DNA from: Deltaproteobacteria bacterium
Lineage (GTDB): Bacteria; Desulfobacterota; Binatia; Bin18
Assembly (NCBI GenBank): GCA_016197285.1
Contig: JACPWD010000019.1
Location: forward strand, 37,992 to 101,991
DNA length: 64,000 bases
Direction of reading: 5' to 3'
Under the pieces are notes generated by a model, which saw nothing but the letters and a program-made list of their open reading frames with translations, had not been told where the DNA came from and made no database searches. A program made the translations under genes and the position numbers. Shown piece after piece: positions 20,877 to 31,024 of this stretch; position 1 is the stretch's first letter, and each line of letters starts with the position of its first letter.

Positions 20877-22760
20877 ATGGGGATACTCAATCCGTCAGCT
20901 CTGCCGTTTCTTGCCGTTCTCGGCGTGCTCGTCCTGATTTACCTGCGCGAGCGCCTACGCACGCGCATCGAAGTGCCGGCGTTGCTCTTCTGGATGGAGG
21001 TGAAGGAAGATCGCCTGCGCATTCGGCGTTTCCTGCCCAGCCTGCTGTTTTTCCTGCAAGCGCTGCTGCTCCTCCTCCTCGTCGGCGGCTTGCTGCATCC
21101 TTTCCGTCCGACCACCGTGACCGAGACGCGCGGGCATCGCTGGATCTTCGTGTTCGATGTCTCGGCCAGTATGCAGGCGCGCGAAGGCCGCGCTCAGCGC
21201 TTCGAACTCGCACTCGATCAAGCCAAGCAGGTGGTGAAAACCCTCGGTACGTTGGACGAGGTGATGCTCATCAGTGTGGCGACACGTCCGAAGCTGGTCA
21301 GCGGTTTTACGACTGACCACCGTGTCGTTTTGCATCTGCTCGAAACCTTGCATCCTCTCGATGCCGGTGCCAATCTCACCTTGGGCGTGGAGCTAGCGCT
21401 GGCGCAACGCGACCGGGAAGGGCGACAAGCCAAGGTCCATGTGTTTACCGACTTGCCGAAGAACGCCCTTGCCCTTCCAGAGGAGCAGGTGCAGGACATT
21501 GTCTACCATCGGATTGGGAAAAACGACGATAACGTGGCCATCGCTGCGCTCCAACTGTACCAGAACCCGTTCCAAAACTACTCGCAGGCGCAGGCGTACG
21601 TGTTAGTGCGCAACTACGCCTCTCGGGTGCGCAGCGGAACGTTGACCGTGTTGTTGAACGACAAGTCGATTTTCCGCCGCGATTTCACTTTGCCGTCGCG
21701 CGAGGTCATGTCGTTTTCCGTGAAGGGCTTCGACGAGCCTGGGCAACTGGTGGCGCGGATCGAGCCAAGTGACGCTTTAGCCGTGGATAATCAAGCCTTG
21801 ACCTGGCTGGCGGAACGCGGACGACGGCGCTTAGTCGTGGTGTCGGCGGCCAAGGGACTTCAGGAAGAGCTGGAGCGCGTGAGCCGTTCCATTCCCGGTC
21901 TGGAAGTATCGTCGGTCGCTCCCAGCGCTTTTGCCCAAGCGAAACTCGACCCGCAAGACGTGGTGCTGTTCCACCAGTTCGTCCCGGCCGCGACGGTAGC
22001 GGCCAACAGCCTCTATATTTTTCCTCCGTCCGAGAACCCGCTGTTTCCGGTGGTCAGCGAAGCGGCGGACCTCAACATTCTCGATTGGCGACAAGAACAT
22101 GAGATCCTCCAGAATCTGCGTTATGTGGAAGCCTTGCCGTTGAAGAAGGCCCGGGTGTTGGCGCTGCCCTCCTGGGCACAGGTGTTGATCTCGTCTCGGA
22201 CGCGCACCGGCGAGGTGCCGCTCGCCTTCAGCGGCGAGAAAGATGGGCACAGAGTGGTGTGTTTGGCCTTCGATCTGAATAAAGGGAATTTGACCAACTC
22301 CGATAATTTGACTTTGCTCCTGCTCTTTCTCAATACGATTCGTTGGCTGTTACCGCACGATCCCAGCACGCCGATGCCGATCGCTGCCGGCGAAACCTTC
22401 TTTTTGCCGGCGGATGCCGCCCACGATTCGCCCCGGGTGCGAGCGCCAAACAAGCAAGAAACTTTGATCGATGGTGGCGTGGTCGAAGTGGAACAGGTCG
22501 GGGAGTATCGGGTGACGGGTAGTCGTTATCAGGCGACGCTCTACGCCAATCTGTTCGATGACGAAGAGTCCGACATCGGACGAGGGGACGAAGACCAAGC
22601 CGTGAGCGCGCCGGCGAAGACCGAGACGTTCGCGCCGCAAGAACTCGTGCGCACCGTGCCGGAAGAATTTGGCCGCTCTTTGTACTACGGTGCCGCGCTC
22701 GTCTTGCTGCTCGAATGGTTGTATGCGCTGTGGCGTTACCGGCGCATGAGGGTGTCATGA
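20877..22760 (+). CDS. BatA + VWA domain membrane protein
   Basis: N-terminal BatA-like LNP..L.FL, MIDAS DVSASM, FTD, C-terminal TM LLLEW. Confidence 0.88.
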   Translation: MGILNPSALPFLAVLGVLVLIYLRERLRTRIEVPALLFWMEVKEDRLRIRRFLPSLLFFLQALLLLLLVGGLLHPFRPTTVTETRGHRWIFVFDVSASMQAREGRAQRFELALDQAKQVVKTLGTLDEVMLISVATRPKLVSGFTTDHRVVLHLLETLHPLDAGANLTLGVELALAQRDREGRQAKVHVFTDLPKNALALPEEQVQDIVYHRIGKNDDNVAIAALQLYQNPFQNYSQAQAYVLVRNYASRVRSGTLTVLLNDKSIFRRDFTLPSREVMSFSVKGFDEPGQLVARIEPSDALAVDNQALTWLAERGRRRLVVVSAAKGLQEELERVSRSIPGLEVSSVAPSAFAQAKLDPQDVVLFHQFVPAATVAANSLYIFPPSENPLFPVVSEAADLNILDWRQEHEILQNLRYVEALPLKKARVLALPSWAQVLISSRTRTGEVPLAFSGEKDGHRVVCLAFDLNKGNLTNSDNLTLLLLFLNTIRWLLPHDPSTPMPIAAGETFFLPADAAHDSPRVRAPNKQETLIDGGVVEVEQVGEYRVTGSRYQATLYANLFDDEESDIGRGDEDQAVSAPAKTETFAPQELVRTVPEEFGRSLYYGAALVLLLEWLYALWRYRRMRVS

Positions 22761-25402
22761 TCTACGATATTGCCGGTGTGACTTATACCTTGACCGCACC
22801 CGAATGGATGTGGTTGCTGATGCTGACGCCTTTGCTGTGGCTCCCGCTCTTCTGGCAGCCTCGGCGCGCGGTGATGAGCATAGCGGCGGTATTCCGCTCC
22901 TTGGCTGCGGCGTTACTGGTAGCGGCGCTTGCCGGTCTCAGCACCCAGACCATTCTCTCCGAACATAAACTGGCTTTGGTCGCGGCGGTGGATACGTCAG
23001 ACAGCATCTCCGACGATGGCAAGGCGTGGACGCAAGAATATCTGACGCGGCTGACCAAAGTCTTAGAATCCTCGGACGAGTTCTCCATCGTCGCGTTTGC
23101 CGAGAATGCCGCGTTGCTGACGCCTCCCGGCCCGCCGACCAACGTTTCTGTTACGACTGAAGACTTGCAGGAATCCGTCTCCGGAGAGACCGGAGGAACC
23201 GACATCGCCCGCGCTTTGGAGCGGTCGTTGGCGCTCTACCCAGAAGAAGCGGAGAAACGTCTGGTCCTCGTTACCGATGGGAACGAAACCGACGGTGCGG
23301 CGAGACAACACATCGCGCTCGCGCGCCGCATGGGCGTCAAAATCTTCCCCGTCATTCCCCCATCGGGTCGGCATCCGGAAGTGTCTCTGGAAAAATTCAT
23401 GGTCCCGCCGCTTACGCGAGAAGGAAGTGCGTTCAGCATGCGTTTGATTGTCCGCAACGGCAACGACAAACCCGTGCGCGGCAGTGCGACCGTATTAGCG
23501 AACGATCAAGCCCTCACCCGCCAAGAGGTGAACTTGGAGCCTGGGCTTTCGGTGCTCGAAGTGCCGGCGCAGATTCTGCAACGCGGGAATTATCTCCTGC
23601 GCGCCGAAATCAAAGCCGCGCCCGACACCATTGCCGGCAACAATAAACAAATCGCCAACCTGGCTGTGACCGGCAAGATTCGCGCGCTCGTCATTACCGA
23701 TAATCCCAAAACTCATCTCGTGCGCGCATTGCAGCTCAAGGACGTGGAAACCGAGTTCCGCCGTCCGGAAGGGAGTCCCACCCGGATCGCCGAGCTGCTC
23801 GATTATAACTGCCTAGTGTTCGACGACATTGGACGGAGCGGCATTTCCACGCAGCAGATGAACGTGATCGAGAGTTATGTCCGCGACTTTGGCGGTGGGT
23901 TTCTCATGGCCGGTGGCCTCCGCACCTTCGGCGACCTGGGGTATCGCGGGACGACGGTCGAGCGCGTGCTCCCGGTGACGTTTCAAGAACAACGTCCGAA
24001 GAAAAAAAGACGCACGCCCATCGCGCTGTTTATCGTCGTCGATCGCTCCAACAGCATGGGCTACAACAGCAAGGTCCGTGGCTTGCACGACGGTCAGAAA
24101 ATGAAGTACGCGCAGAAGGCGGCTTTGGAGCTGTTAAGTCAGTTGCAAGATACGGATTATGCCGGTGCCATCGCCTTCGACTCCGAGCCCTACATGCTCA
24201 CTCCCCTTGGCGCGCTGGCCACGAATCGCGCCGACCTCATCGACAAAATCACCCGGCTCCAATATGGCGGTGGGACGGATTTTTACAGTGCACTGGAGAC
24301 AGCGGCCGATCAGTTGGCGCGCAGCCGCGGTTCGATCCGGCATATCATCCTCCTCACGGATGGCGACTCGAACCGCAGCCCGACCGATCATTACCCGCTC
24401 GTGGCTTCCGTCGCTCAACGGCAGATCAGCATCACAACGATCCGCATTGGCGACGACTCCGTCAATCTGCAACTCCTGTCGTATATGTCCGAGAAGACCG
24501 GCGGGCGCTTCTATCACGTGGAGAACGTAGAGATGCTGCCGCAGCTCATGATTAAAGACACCAAGCAGGTGATGCGCGAAAAAGAAGACGACGAGGACAA
24601 GGCGAAAGAGATCATTCCTCGCGTGGGCGAACGCGGGCAGATTCTCGGCGGCTTGGACGAGTTCCCGGCCTTGGAAGAATACATGTTGACCAAGCCGAAA
24701 GCCGGGGCCGATGTCCAACTGTACACCGACGCGCACAAAGAACACGACCCGCTGCTGGCCACGTGGCAATACGGGCTGGGCAAAGTCGTGGTCGCCACTT
24801 TCGACCCGAGCGGCGCCGGGTCGAGCGAATGGATTCGCTGGGAAGGCTACGGCAAGTTTTGGTCCCAGGCCGTGCGCTGGGCGATTCGCGACGAAACCCC
24901 GTGGGATTATCGCCTGAGTGCGCGCTATCGCGGCGACCGCACCGTGCTGCGCGCGGAATCGTTCGACAGCGACGAAGACGGAATCCTGCAAGTCCGTGTG
25001 CCGCGTGGCGGGCAGACCGATAACGCCACGATGATGCCGGTTGCGCCACGAGTGTACGAGGCGGTGCTCGCCGGGAAACGCCAAGGCGCTTTCCCGGTGA
25101 CGATTCTGAAACGGAAGGGTGGGCAAATCGTCAACCAAAAAAACGAAGTCGTCATGGTGGGACAATCCCCCGGGGCCGCGCTGGACGAATATCGCCAGCA
25201 GCACCCCAATCACGATCTTCTACGCGAACTGGCGGAAGGCACCCAGGGACGCATCGATCCCGACTTGAACGAGCTGGTGTCGCAGAAACGCGAAGGGCAA
25301 AAGAAACTCCTTCACCCATTGGAGAATAACTTGATCGTTGCCGCGCTCTTCCTACTCTTGGGCGATATCGCGCTACGGGTGTTCTTTGGACCGCCGGCCT
25401 GA
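22757..25402 (+). CDS. VWA + class I GATase-like domain membrane protein
   Basis: DTSDS and DRSNSM MIDAS motifs, YVRDFGGGFLMAGG, PLLATWQYGLG; ATGA overlap. Confidence 0.88.
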   Translation: MIYDIAGVTYTLTAPEWMWLLMLTPLLWLPLFWQPRRAVMSIAAVFRSLAAALLVAALAGLSTQTILSEHKLALVAAVDTSDSISDDGKAWTQEYLTRLTKVLESSDEFSIVAFAENAALLTPPGPPTNVSVTTEDLQESVSGETGGTDIARALERSLALYPEEAEKRLVLVTDGNETDGAARQHIALARRMGVKIFPVIPPSGRHPEVSLEKFMVPPLTREGSAFSMRLIVRNGNDKPVRGSATVLANDQALTRQEVNLEPGLSVLEVPAQILQRGNYLLRAEIKAAPDTIAGNNKQIANLAVTGKIRALVITDNPKTHLVRALQLKDVETEFRRPEGSPTRIAELLDYNCLVFDDIGRSGISTQQMNVIESYVRDFGGGFLMAGGLRTFGDLGYRGTTVERVLPVTFQEQRPKKKRRTPIALFIVVDRSNSMGYNSKVRGLHDGQKMKYAQKAALELLSQLQDTDYAGAIAFDSEPYMLTPLGALATNRADLIDKITRLQYGGGTDFYSALETAADQLARSRGSIRHIILLTDGDSNRSPTDHYPLVASVAQRQISITTIRIGDDSVNLQLLSYMSEKTGGRFYHVENVEMLPQLMIKDTKQVMREKEDDEDKAKEIIPRVGERGQILGGLDEFPALEEYMLTKPKAGADVQLYTDAHKEHDPLLATWQYGLGKVVVATFDPSGAGSSEWIRWEGYGKFWSQAVRWAIRDETPWDYRLSARYRGDRTVLRAESFDSDEDGILQVRVPRGGQTDNATMMPVAPRVYEAVLAGKRQGAFPVTILKRKGGQIVNQKNEVVMVGQSPGAALDEYRQQHPNHDLLRELAEGTQGRIDPDLNELVSQKREGQKKLLHPLENNLIVAALFLLLGDIALRVFFGPPA

Positions 25403-25441
25403 GAAAGCGCGAAAAAGGGGAAAAGAGAAGAGGGAACGACA

Positions 25442-26011
25442 ATGGAGCCGACGAATTCCCTTGCTCTCAAAGAATGGGCGGTGGTGGTCGAGTCGCTGAC
25501 GAGCGGAAAACAGATCCTCCTGCTACGCAAAGGCGGCATTCGCGAACGCGGGGGCCAATTGTCCACAGAGCCGACCGAGTTCTTCTTCTTTCCCACCTAC
25601 GTGCATCAGATGGAGCAAGGCGTTGTGTCCGACGCGGCTCTGGAACTCCAGGCGGCGCTCGCGGCCGAACCGCCGGAAGACCAGCTCTTGATTCCCGCCT
25701 ATGCCACGGTGACGGAAGTGCAGTGGCTTGACGCGCGCGAGTCCGTGGACGCTTTGACTGGGCTGCATTGCTGGACCTCGGACACGGTCGAGAAACGCTT
25801 TGCTTACAAAAAGCCGGGACTCTATCTCTTCGCGTTGCGAGTTTACCGACTGCCCCAACCGTACCGTTTACCGATGTTAAAGCGTTATGCCGGCTGCCGT
25901 TCGTGGGTGGAGTTGGGAGCAACCCTGAGCACAGCGGGAGCGACGCCGGTGTTGGACGACGAGGCCTTCACCCAGCAGGTAAGGCGTGTGAAGGAACGGC
26001 TCTGCGGCTAG
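25442..26011 (+). CDS. DUF1802 family protein
   Basis: ALKEWAVVVESLTSGKQILLLRKGGI, FFFFPTYVHQ, GCRSWV. Confidence 0.88.
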   Translation: MEPTNSLALKEWAVVVESLTSGKQILLLRKGGIRERGGQLSTEPTEFFFFPTYVHQMEQGVVSDAALELQAALAAEPPEDQLLIPAYATVTEVQWLDARESVDALTGLHCWTSDTVEKRFAYKKPGLYLFALRVYRLPQPYRLPMLKRYAGCRSWVELGATLSTAGATPVLDDEAFTQQVRRVKERLCG

Positions 26012-26023
26012 GCAGAGCCACCC

Positions 26024-26266
26024 TCAGCCGACGATCCGCAGAACGACATAGGGCACCAAGTTGAATAGAATGATGCCTATCTTGAAGATCGCCATCCCGA
26101 CGTAGTGCAGGGCGTCGAACTGCTCGCGGGACAGATGAAACCATCGGCCATGGAGTCGCTGAATCCAATCGTGCGCAAATGCGAAGAACAGAAACCAAAC
26201 CAGCAACACTCCGTAGTTGATAACCGTACACCACAGAAGAAAGTTACGTGTCGCTTCAATGCTCAT
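26024..26266 (-). CDS. Small membrane protein (DUF6868-like), former cassette gene
   Basis: FLLWCTVINYGVLLVWF...FKIGIILFNLVPY; GGAGG RBS; follows GTTAGCC core site. Confidence 0.75.
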   Translation of the reverse strand: MSIEATRNFLLWCTVINYGVLLVWFLFFAFAHDWIQRLHGRWFHLSREQFDALHYVGMAIFKIGIILFNLVPYVVLRIVG

Positions 26267-26283
26267 CTTTTCCTCCCTTTGGC

Positions 26284-26303
26284 GGCTAACGCCGAGGTTG
26301 GAC
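26284..26303 (-). mobile_element. Collapsed attC (R'' GTCCAAC - 6 bp - R' GTTAGCC)
   Basis: TGAGGTCCAAC is complementary (10/11) to cassette start GTTGAACCTCA at 26598-26588. Confidence 0.65.
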
Positions 26304-26304
26304 C

Positions 26305-26577
26305 TCACGGCGGGGGTGCACAGCTTTTGCAAACGCGCAAGACTTTGTTTTGATCGCTAGCCCACTTCCGAAGCTCTGCGAGCTTATCCGAACATGCTTT
26401 TGGAGTGTCCACTAGCTTCGCTTCAAAAGCACTGAACTGCAAAAGATGAGTGCACTTCGCAATGTGAAGCATCCACTCGTTCACCTTTTCGTTCACTACG
26501 AAACTTTGCGGATTTGCGTCGCGCCACGACGCGTAGTCATTTTCAGCGTTCTCTATCGTCCGATCAAAACGTTTCAT
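26305..26577 (-). CDS. Hypothetical 90-aa cassette protein (LH...C...C..C, possible Zn site)
   Basis: AT-richer ORF bounded by core sites. Confidence 0.6.
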   Translation of the reverse strand: MKRFDRTIENAENDYASWRDANPQSFVVNEKVNEWMLHIAKCTHLLQFSAFEAKLVDTPKACSDKLAELRKWASDQNKVLRVCKSCAPPP

Positions 26578-26591
26578 CTAGTAATCCTGAG

Positions 26592-26598
26592 GTTCAAC
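26592..26598 (-). mobile_element. Putative attI core site GTTGAAC
   Basis: GTTRRRY located between the first cassette and a divergent intI remnant. Confidence 0.55.
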
Positions 26599-26710
26599 CA
26601 TCGATCAACGCGCCCTTTTGCCCTGATAGTACGATATTAGCCAGGTTTTCAGGCAGTTTCGCCCTGTGCCTATTATTAACGATCTCAAGGCACCGCGACG
26701 GAATCCCAAT

Positions 26711-26797
26711 ATGCCCGACACGATAAGAAGTCAACAGCTAAAACTCCTCGACGAAGTCCGTCAGGTATCCCATCTTTACCTCTTTTCTCGCACTTGA
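26711..26797 (+). pseudogene. intI: 5' remnant of integron integrase
   Basis: MPDTIRSQQLKLLDEVRQVSHLY...* resembles the IntI N-terminus KLLD.VR..LRL.HYS; divergent from the cassettes. Confidence 0.6.
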
Positions 26798-26872
26798 GTC
26801 GGGATTCTGTTGTGCCCCTCCTTGCTCCCCCGGTTTGACGCTGCGTTCCATCTGCGCCAAGATGACACAATT

Positions 26873-27292
26873 ATGGATGCCAAACTGGAAGCCCTACTGA
26901 ATCAGCTCCTTGAAGCGGAACGCGGCGGTCATGCTTTGCTTGAGACGATGGCGCGGGAGACCGCCGACTCGGAGATCAAAGCTCTCTTCGCCAATTTTAC
27001 CGACATCGAAATCGGTGATGTCAGCGTGCTGGAAGGACTCATTCGCTTGCACGGTGGCACGCCTTCGACCAAGACGGGCGATTTCGTAGAGAAGGTGCTG
27101 CGCTTGCAGAGCCTCCAGGAGCGAATCGATCTGCTCTCGCGCGGGCAAGCCTGGGTGGCTAGAAAAGTCGAGCAAGTGCTGGCGTTGAATCCGCCGCCGG
27201 AAGTCGCCGCCTTCCTGAAAGAGATGGCGAACCGCCACCGCCACAACATGGAATGGACGCGCGCCGAAGCCATTAAGACGTTCGACGAGTAG
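26873..27292 (+). CDS. Ferritin-like protein (DUF6306-like)
   Basis: LNQLLEAERGG, PSTKTGDF, LLSRGQAWVARK, FLKEM..RH..N. Confidence 0.75.
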   Translation: MDAKLEALLNQLLEAERGGHALLETMARETADSEIKALFANFTDIEIGDVSVLEGLIRLHGGTPSTKTGDFVEKVLRLQSLQERIDLLSRGQAWVARKVEQVLALNPPPEVAAFLKEMANRHRHNMEWTRAEAIKTFDE

Positions 27293-27325
27293 CCAGCCGT
27301 CGCGCCTGCGCTTTTCCCTTCTCGC

Positions 27326-28441
27326 ATGTTGCAAATGTTTGCGCTTCTCTTCCTGGCTCTCGCTTCGATCGAGATCTGCGGGCTCGCTTGGCTCGTGCCG
27401 CTCGATGCCTCCACTCTGCAATGGATTATCGCGCAGCGGTCCTGCTCGTTGGATTATGGCATGTTCGTTTTGCAGGATCGCGCTTTAAGTGTGCTGATCT
27501 TTTTCGGAGGGTCGACCTGCCTTTGGCTCTGTAGCCAACGACGGTGGCGAGAGGCGTGGCGTCTTGTCCTTGTCGTGTTAGTCGGCAGCTTTCTTTGCGA
27601 ACTGCTGAAGACCGGCATCGAGCGCGTGCGGCCTAGTGCGTTGCCGCCGCGAATGACCGGGAACAGTTTTCCCAGCGGGCATGTGGCGACCGCGTGCCTT
27701 GTCGCTGGGGCAGTGGGCTTCGCGGTGTGGCACGAGCGTCGCTCGGTGTTCTTCCGCGCTGCCACCATCGGTCTACTTGGTCTCCTGGTCGGAGCGGTCA
27801 TCTGGCAACGGCTCTATTTCGGGCATCATTGGCTCACCGACATTGTGGGGAGCGTGCTCCTCTCCGGGGCTTGGCTCTGCTTCGCGTTGCCGCACCCTCG
27901 GTTGTTTGTCTTGACTGGCCAGACTTCCTTCATTGCTTCCGGCTTACTCGCCAGTTATGTCGGGTTGTATTACTTCCCTGGCTTCCGTGTCTCGCTCCCT
28001 ACAGCGATACGGATTGAAGAAGTACCTGTGGTTATGGTGACTTTCGGTCGCCAGAGACAGCAAGAGCTGTTTCATGGTGCGTGGGGAGCTGACGCGCAGG
28101 AGGGGGTTGGACCAGTCACCTGGCTCGCGCGAGAGGAGGCAGGTCTTGAAGTTTTCCTGCCGCAAGCAGGAACCTATCGGCTCAACCTGACGGTGCGGCC
28201 GCTCCTACCGTCAAAAGCTTTTGCGTGTTTTCCTCTCGAAGTGGCGGTCAACCGGCATCGCCTCGGTTCGTTATTGCTCTATCGCGGCTGGCGCCAGTAT
28301 ACCCTGCCCCTCGATGCCCAGTGGATTCTGCCAGGAAAAAATACGCTCACGTTTCGTGCGGGAGAGGAGTTCCCGGACTCGGCCGCCGATACGCAAACCA
28401 TCGCTTTTCATCAGCTACGTTTCTTGAGGGACACCCGTTAG
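27326..28441 (+). CDS. PAP2 family membrane phosphatase with C-terminal soluble domain
   Basis: K.....RP, SFPSGH, RLYFGHHWLTD. Confidence 0.85.
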   Translation: MLQMFALLFLALASIEICGLAWLVPLDASTLQWIIAQRSCSLDYGMFVLQDRALSVLIFFGGSTCLWLCSQRRWREAWRLVLVVLVGSFLCELLKTGIERVRPSALPPRMTGNSFPSGHVATACLVAGAVGFAVWHERRSVFFRAATIGLLGLLVGAVIWQRLYFGHHWLTDIVGSVLLSGAWLCFALPHPRLFVLTGQTSFIASGLLASYVGLYYFPGFRVSLPTAIRIEEVPVVMVTFGRQRQQELFHGAWGADAQEGVGPVTWLAREEAGLEVFLPQAGTYRLNLTVRPLLPSKAFACFPLEVAVNRHRLGSLLLYRGWRQYTLPLDAQWILPGKNTLTFRAGEEFPDSAADTQTIAFHQLRFLRDTR

Positions 28442-28541
28442 CCTCATGGCCCGCTTTCCCAAAGGTGCGAACTGCGCCGCCCTTTTTCCCGGAAAAGAGA
28501 AAAGGAGAGAAGAATACCTATGTTTTTGCTTTTCGGTTCGG

Positions 28542-28557
28542 CGGCACTTTTCCTGCT
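28542..28557 (+). promoter_or_regulatory. sigma54 promoter
   Basis: CGGCACTTTTCCTGCT, GG-N10-GC, about 60 bp upstream of the activator gene. Confidence 0.65.
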
Positions 28558-28614
28558 ACTCTTCCTACTTTGGTCCTCCGGTCCTCTAGTCGAACAATAG
28601 GAGTAAGGCAACAT

Positions 28615-29991
28615 ATGGCGAACCTCGGCACGGTGATGGTCGCGGATGACGAAGCTTTAGCGCGGCACAGTCTGGCGGAAGCTCTCCAAGAAGAAGGCTA
28701 CCTTGTCTATGAAGCGGCAGATGGGAATGCGGCTGTGCAACTCTTGGAAGAACGGGAGATCGACGTGGTCTTGTCCGACCTTAAAATGCCGGGTCTCGAC
28801 GGTCTTGCCATTCTCCAAAAGGTGCGCGAGCTGTACCCGCAAACCATGGTCCTCCTCATGACCGCCTACGCTTCCGTAGAAACCGTTATCGACGCGCTGC
28901 GGCTGGGTGCGCAAGATTACCTGCTCAAGCCGCTCTTGCTGGATGACGTGATGAATAAAGTGCGCCGCTTATTGGAGCACAAACAGCAAGCCTGGGAAGT
29001 GCAACTCCTCCGTCGCGAGCTGGCGCGGCGCTTGAGTCCCGATGGCTTAATCGGGAACAGTCCGGCGATGCAGGGAGTCTTGACGCTGATCTCTAAAGTG
29101 GCGCCGACCAACGCCACTGTGCTGATCGCCGGAGAAAGTGGCGTAGGGAAAGAAGTCGTTGCGCGAGCGCTTCATGCCCAAAGCGCTCAGAAGGATCGCG
29201 TCTTTCTGCCCATCAACTGTAGCGCTATCCCAGAAACTCTCCTCGAAAGCCAGCTTTTCGGTTATGTGAAGGGAGCATTCACTGGAGCCATGGGAAATCA
29301 AGAAGGCTTATTCCAGCGTGCCCGCGGCGGCACCATGTTTCTTGACGAGATCGGAGAACTGCCGCTGACACTCCAGCCGAAGCTGCTGCGGGCGATTGAG
29401 GAAAAAGAGGTATTGCCGGTGGGGGCGACGGTACCGGTGAAAACCGACATTCGACTGCTGGCGGCGACCAACCGCGATCTCAAGAGAGAAGTAGAGGAGG
29501 GGCGGTTTCGCGAGGACCTGTACTACCGCCTGAATGTGATTCAATTGACGATTCCTCCGCTGCGGGAACGGCGGGAAGATCTCCCGCTCCTCGTCGATTA
29601 TCTCGTGCATCGCCAGAACCGGGAGCTGAACAAATCGTATAAAGGTGTGGAAAACGCTGCGATGAAGATGGTGTTGGCCCTGCCTTGGAAAGGCAACATC
29701 CGGGAATTGGACAATGTCCTCGAACGCGGCATGATTCTCGGCAATGGCGAATGGATCACGCTGGCGGACTTACCGCGCACGGAGGCGCAAGACACGATGG
29801 ATGTTAGGCTTCTCGGCGACAATCTCAAAGAGGCAGTGCAAGCGTACGAGAAGAACCATGTCGAAACCGTCCTCAAGAAATTCGCTGGCGAGAAAAAGAG
29901 TGCGGCGGAAGCGCTCGGCGTGAGCCTCTCGTCGCTCTACCGCAAACTTGAGGAACTCGGCGTCCAGACAGACAAGAAAGGGCACCTATGA
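28615..29991 (+). CDS. sigma54-dependent response regulator (NtrC/AtoC family)
   Basis: REC (ADDE, DLKMP), GESGVGKE, GAFTGA, FLDEIGE, FREDLYYRLNV, Fis-type HTH. Confidence 0.96.
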   Translation: MANLGTVMVADDEALARHSLAEALQEEGYLVYEAADGNAAVQLLEEREIDVVLSDLKMPGLDGLAILQKVRELYPQTMVLLMTAYASVETVIDALRLGAQDYLLKPLLLDDVMNKVRRLLEHKQQAWEVQLLRRELARRLSPDGLIGNSPAMQGVLTLISKVAPTNATVLIAGESGVGKEVVARALHAQSAQKDRVFLPINCSAIPETLLESQLFGYVKGAFTGAMGNQEGLFQRARGGTMFLDEIGELPLTLQPKLLRAIEEKEVLPVGATVPVKTDIRLLAATNRDLKREVEEGRFREDLYYRLNVIQLTIPPLRERREDLPLLVDYLVHRQNRELNKSYKGVENAAMKMVLALPWKGNIRELDNVLERGMILGNGEWITLADLPRTEAQDTMDVRLLGDNLKEAVQAYEKNHVETVLKKFAGEKKSAAEALGVSLSSLYRKLEELGVQTDKKGHL

Positions 29992-30509
29992 AATCGCCTG
30001 ACAGCGAAGCGAAGACCATCAGTGACTCTCCCACGCAAACGGCCGAGACCAGTGCCGCAGGCGCACCTCCGTGGCGGAGGCTGTTGGTGCCGGTAGACTT
30101 CTCCGCGTCTTCCGACGCGGCGTTGCTCTATGCGGTACAGCTTGCGCGGGTGAATGGGGCGACGCTCCACGTCTACCACGCGATCCCGTATCCGCATATG
30201 CTGGATGTGTTGTTCGAGCGCGGCTTTGCGCCCGAGGAAACCGTGCTGCGTATCCGCCGCAAAGGTCGTCATCACGTTCGGCAACTCCTTGCCTCCGTTG
30301 GTGTCGATGTTGCTCTGCGCTTCCATTTCCATGAGGGGGAAACGGTGGCGGCAATCCTCGCCTGGGTGGACAAGTTCAAACCGGACTTAATTGTGATGGG
30401 GACGCACGGACACCGTGGCGCTGCCCGCTTTTTTCTCGGCAGCGTTGCCGAAGCGGTCGTGCGGCAAGCGCCGTGCCCCGTACTGACGTTGCGGGCGACA
30501 CAAGCGTAG
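29988..30509 (+). CDS. Universal stress protein
   Basis: LVPVDFS, DLIVMGTHG, FLGSVAEAVVRQAPCPVL. Confidence 0.93.
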   Translation: MKSPDSEAKTISDSPTQTAETSAAGAPPWRRLLVPVDFSASSDAALLYAVQLARVNGATLHVYHAIPYPHMLDVLFERGFAPEETVLRIRRKGRHHVRQLLASVGVDVALRFHFHEGETVAAILAWVDKFKPDLIVMGTHGHRGAARFFLGSVAEAVVRQAPCPVLTLRATQA

Positions 30510-30647
30510 GGACGAGGCTCCTGGCGCTATATGCAGAACACACCAAGATCTGGGCTTTTGGGCGCCACTGCTGGACCAGCCCAATGTTGTCTGGAATAAA
30601 TTCTCCGCTCATGCACAAAATCTCCTTGCCAGAGGGACCCTTTTAAG

Positions 30648-30790
30648 GAATGCGCCAGCATGGCGATCCTGCTGGCGCATTCGAGTCTTGCGCCTTTTCT
30701 CTCCCGGCGCTAAAGCGCCGGGCTACACAGCAACGCCGGATAAATCCGGCTTCCAAGCCCCGTTTACGGAGCGTTGTCTAGTAGCCCGGA
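30648..30790. repeat. Intergenic palindromes / REP-like element
   Basis: GAATGCGCCAGCA...TGCTGGCGCATTC; CCCGGCGCTAAAGCGCCGGGCTAC...GTAGCCCGG. Confidence 0.5.
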
Positions 30791-31024
30791 GGGCGGAGGT
30801 GAGGTTTGGCATTTCGCCAGCAGTATCGCCCCGCTCCCGCACTCCATAGGCATCGCTGGCTATATGGCGGCCAGCGGTGCCACAACCTTCCCAACGAAGG
30901 GTCGTAATTTCCCGGACAGTATTGGGACCAGCCAGCAGTGTAAGCTGCACTCAAGCTCCGACTGTCACATCCCTATCTTGGTGTGCCTTCCATATCGGAG
31001 TTACCCAAGACCTGCCCCTGTCTT

